From assembly GCA_001938485.1 (NCBI GenBank), contig MQRK01167126.1:3389-67388 (forward strand): DNA of 64,000 nt, in the 5' to 3' direction. The translations under genes were made by a program, and so were the position numbers. A model generated the notes under the pieces. It was not told the origin of the DNA, did not search any database, and was given only the letters and a program-made list of their open reading frames with translations. The DNA is from Girardia tigrina (taxonomy: Eukaryota). Within the stretch, counting starts at the first letter, position 1. Each line of letters begins with the position of its first letter. Below, piece after piece: positions 63,679-64,000 of the stretch.

Positions 63679-64000
63679 ATGGACAGTAACATCGAATATC
63701 ACAGCGTGATAAAATTTCTGCTCCTGCGCAATACTAAAAGCTGCGATATTTTGCAGCAGTTGCAGGAAGCTTACAGTGACCATTGCCCATCACGTGCAAC
63801 AGTGTTTAATTGGATCAGAGACTTTAAACATGGACGACAATCCGTTTTTGGTGCTGAGAGATCAGGACGACCGTGTGAAATTTTACCCGGGAAAAGTGAT
63901 TTGTGCATGAAGATCGTGTCGGAAGAGAGACGAATAAGCATCCGTGAACTTGCACAGTGTCTATCCATCACCCACCATTCTACATATGATTTTCTGCGAT
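63679..64000 (+). mobile_element. Mariner transposase N-terminus (irritans-like), open to the window end
   Basis: Not in the ORF track. Hand translation: MDSNIEYHSVIKFLLLRNTKSCDILQQLQEAYSDHCPSRATVFNWIRDFKHGRQSVFGAERSGRP...EERRISIRELA. Confidence 0.9.

Overview
Very AT-rich, repeat-dense eukaryotic scaffold with five N gaps and (TA)n microsatellites. There are no prokaryotic features, rRNA, tRNA or CRISPR. The repeat content (several mariner subfamilies, RTE LINEs, Penelope with minimal hammerheads, a Gypsy gag with a long upstream ORF) suggests an invertebrate, plausibly a freshwater planarian; this is inference only. The only clearly intact host-like CDSs are two inverted, intronless paralogs (5000-5854 +, 18096-18947 -) encoding signal peptide / Cys-capped LRR-like / Ser-Thr stalk / C-terminal hydrophobic proteins. 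The left edge holds a minus-strand decayed ubiquitin-coiled-coil ORF directly upstream of a Ty3/Gypsy gag-like ORF. Decayed, often internally deleted host-gene copies recognised by hand translation are EMC2, HSP90, a divergent H2B, sedoheptulokinase and a PPP phosphatase. The most intriguing signals are: (i) two homologous GC-rich ~230-260 nt islands (13741-13966 and 52826-53080) with compensatory base-pair changes, a candidate structured RNA family; (ii) the ubiquitin-carrying Gypsy element; (iii) a textbook minimal hammerhead ribozyme at 42713-42756; (iv) an SHPK fragment with promoter-like DNA carried in a ~2 kb insertion. All homology calls come from recalled protein motifs, not database searches.
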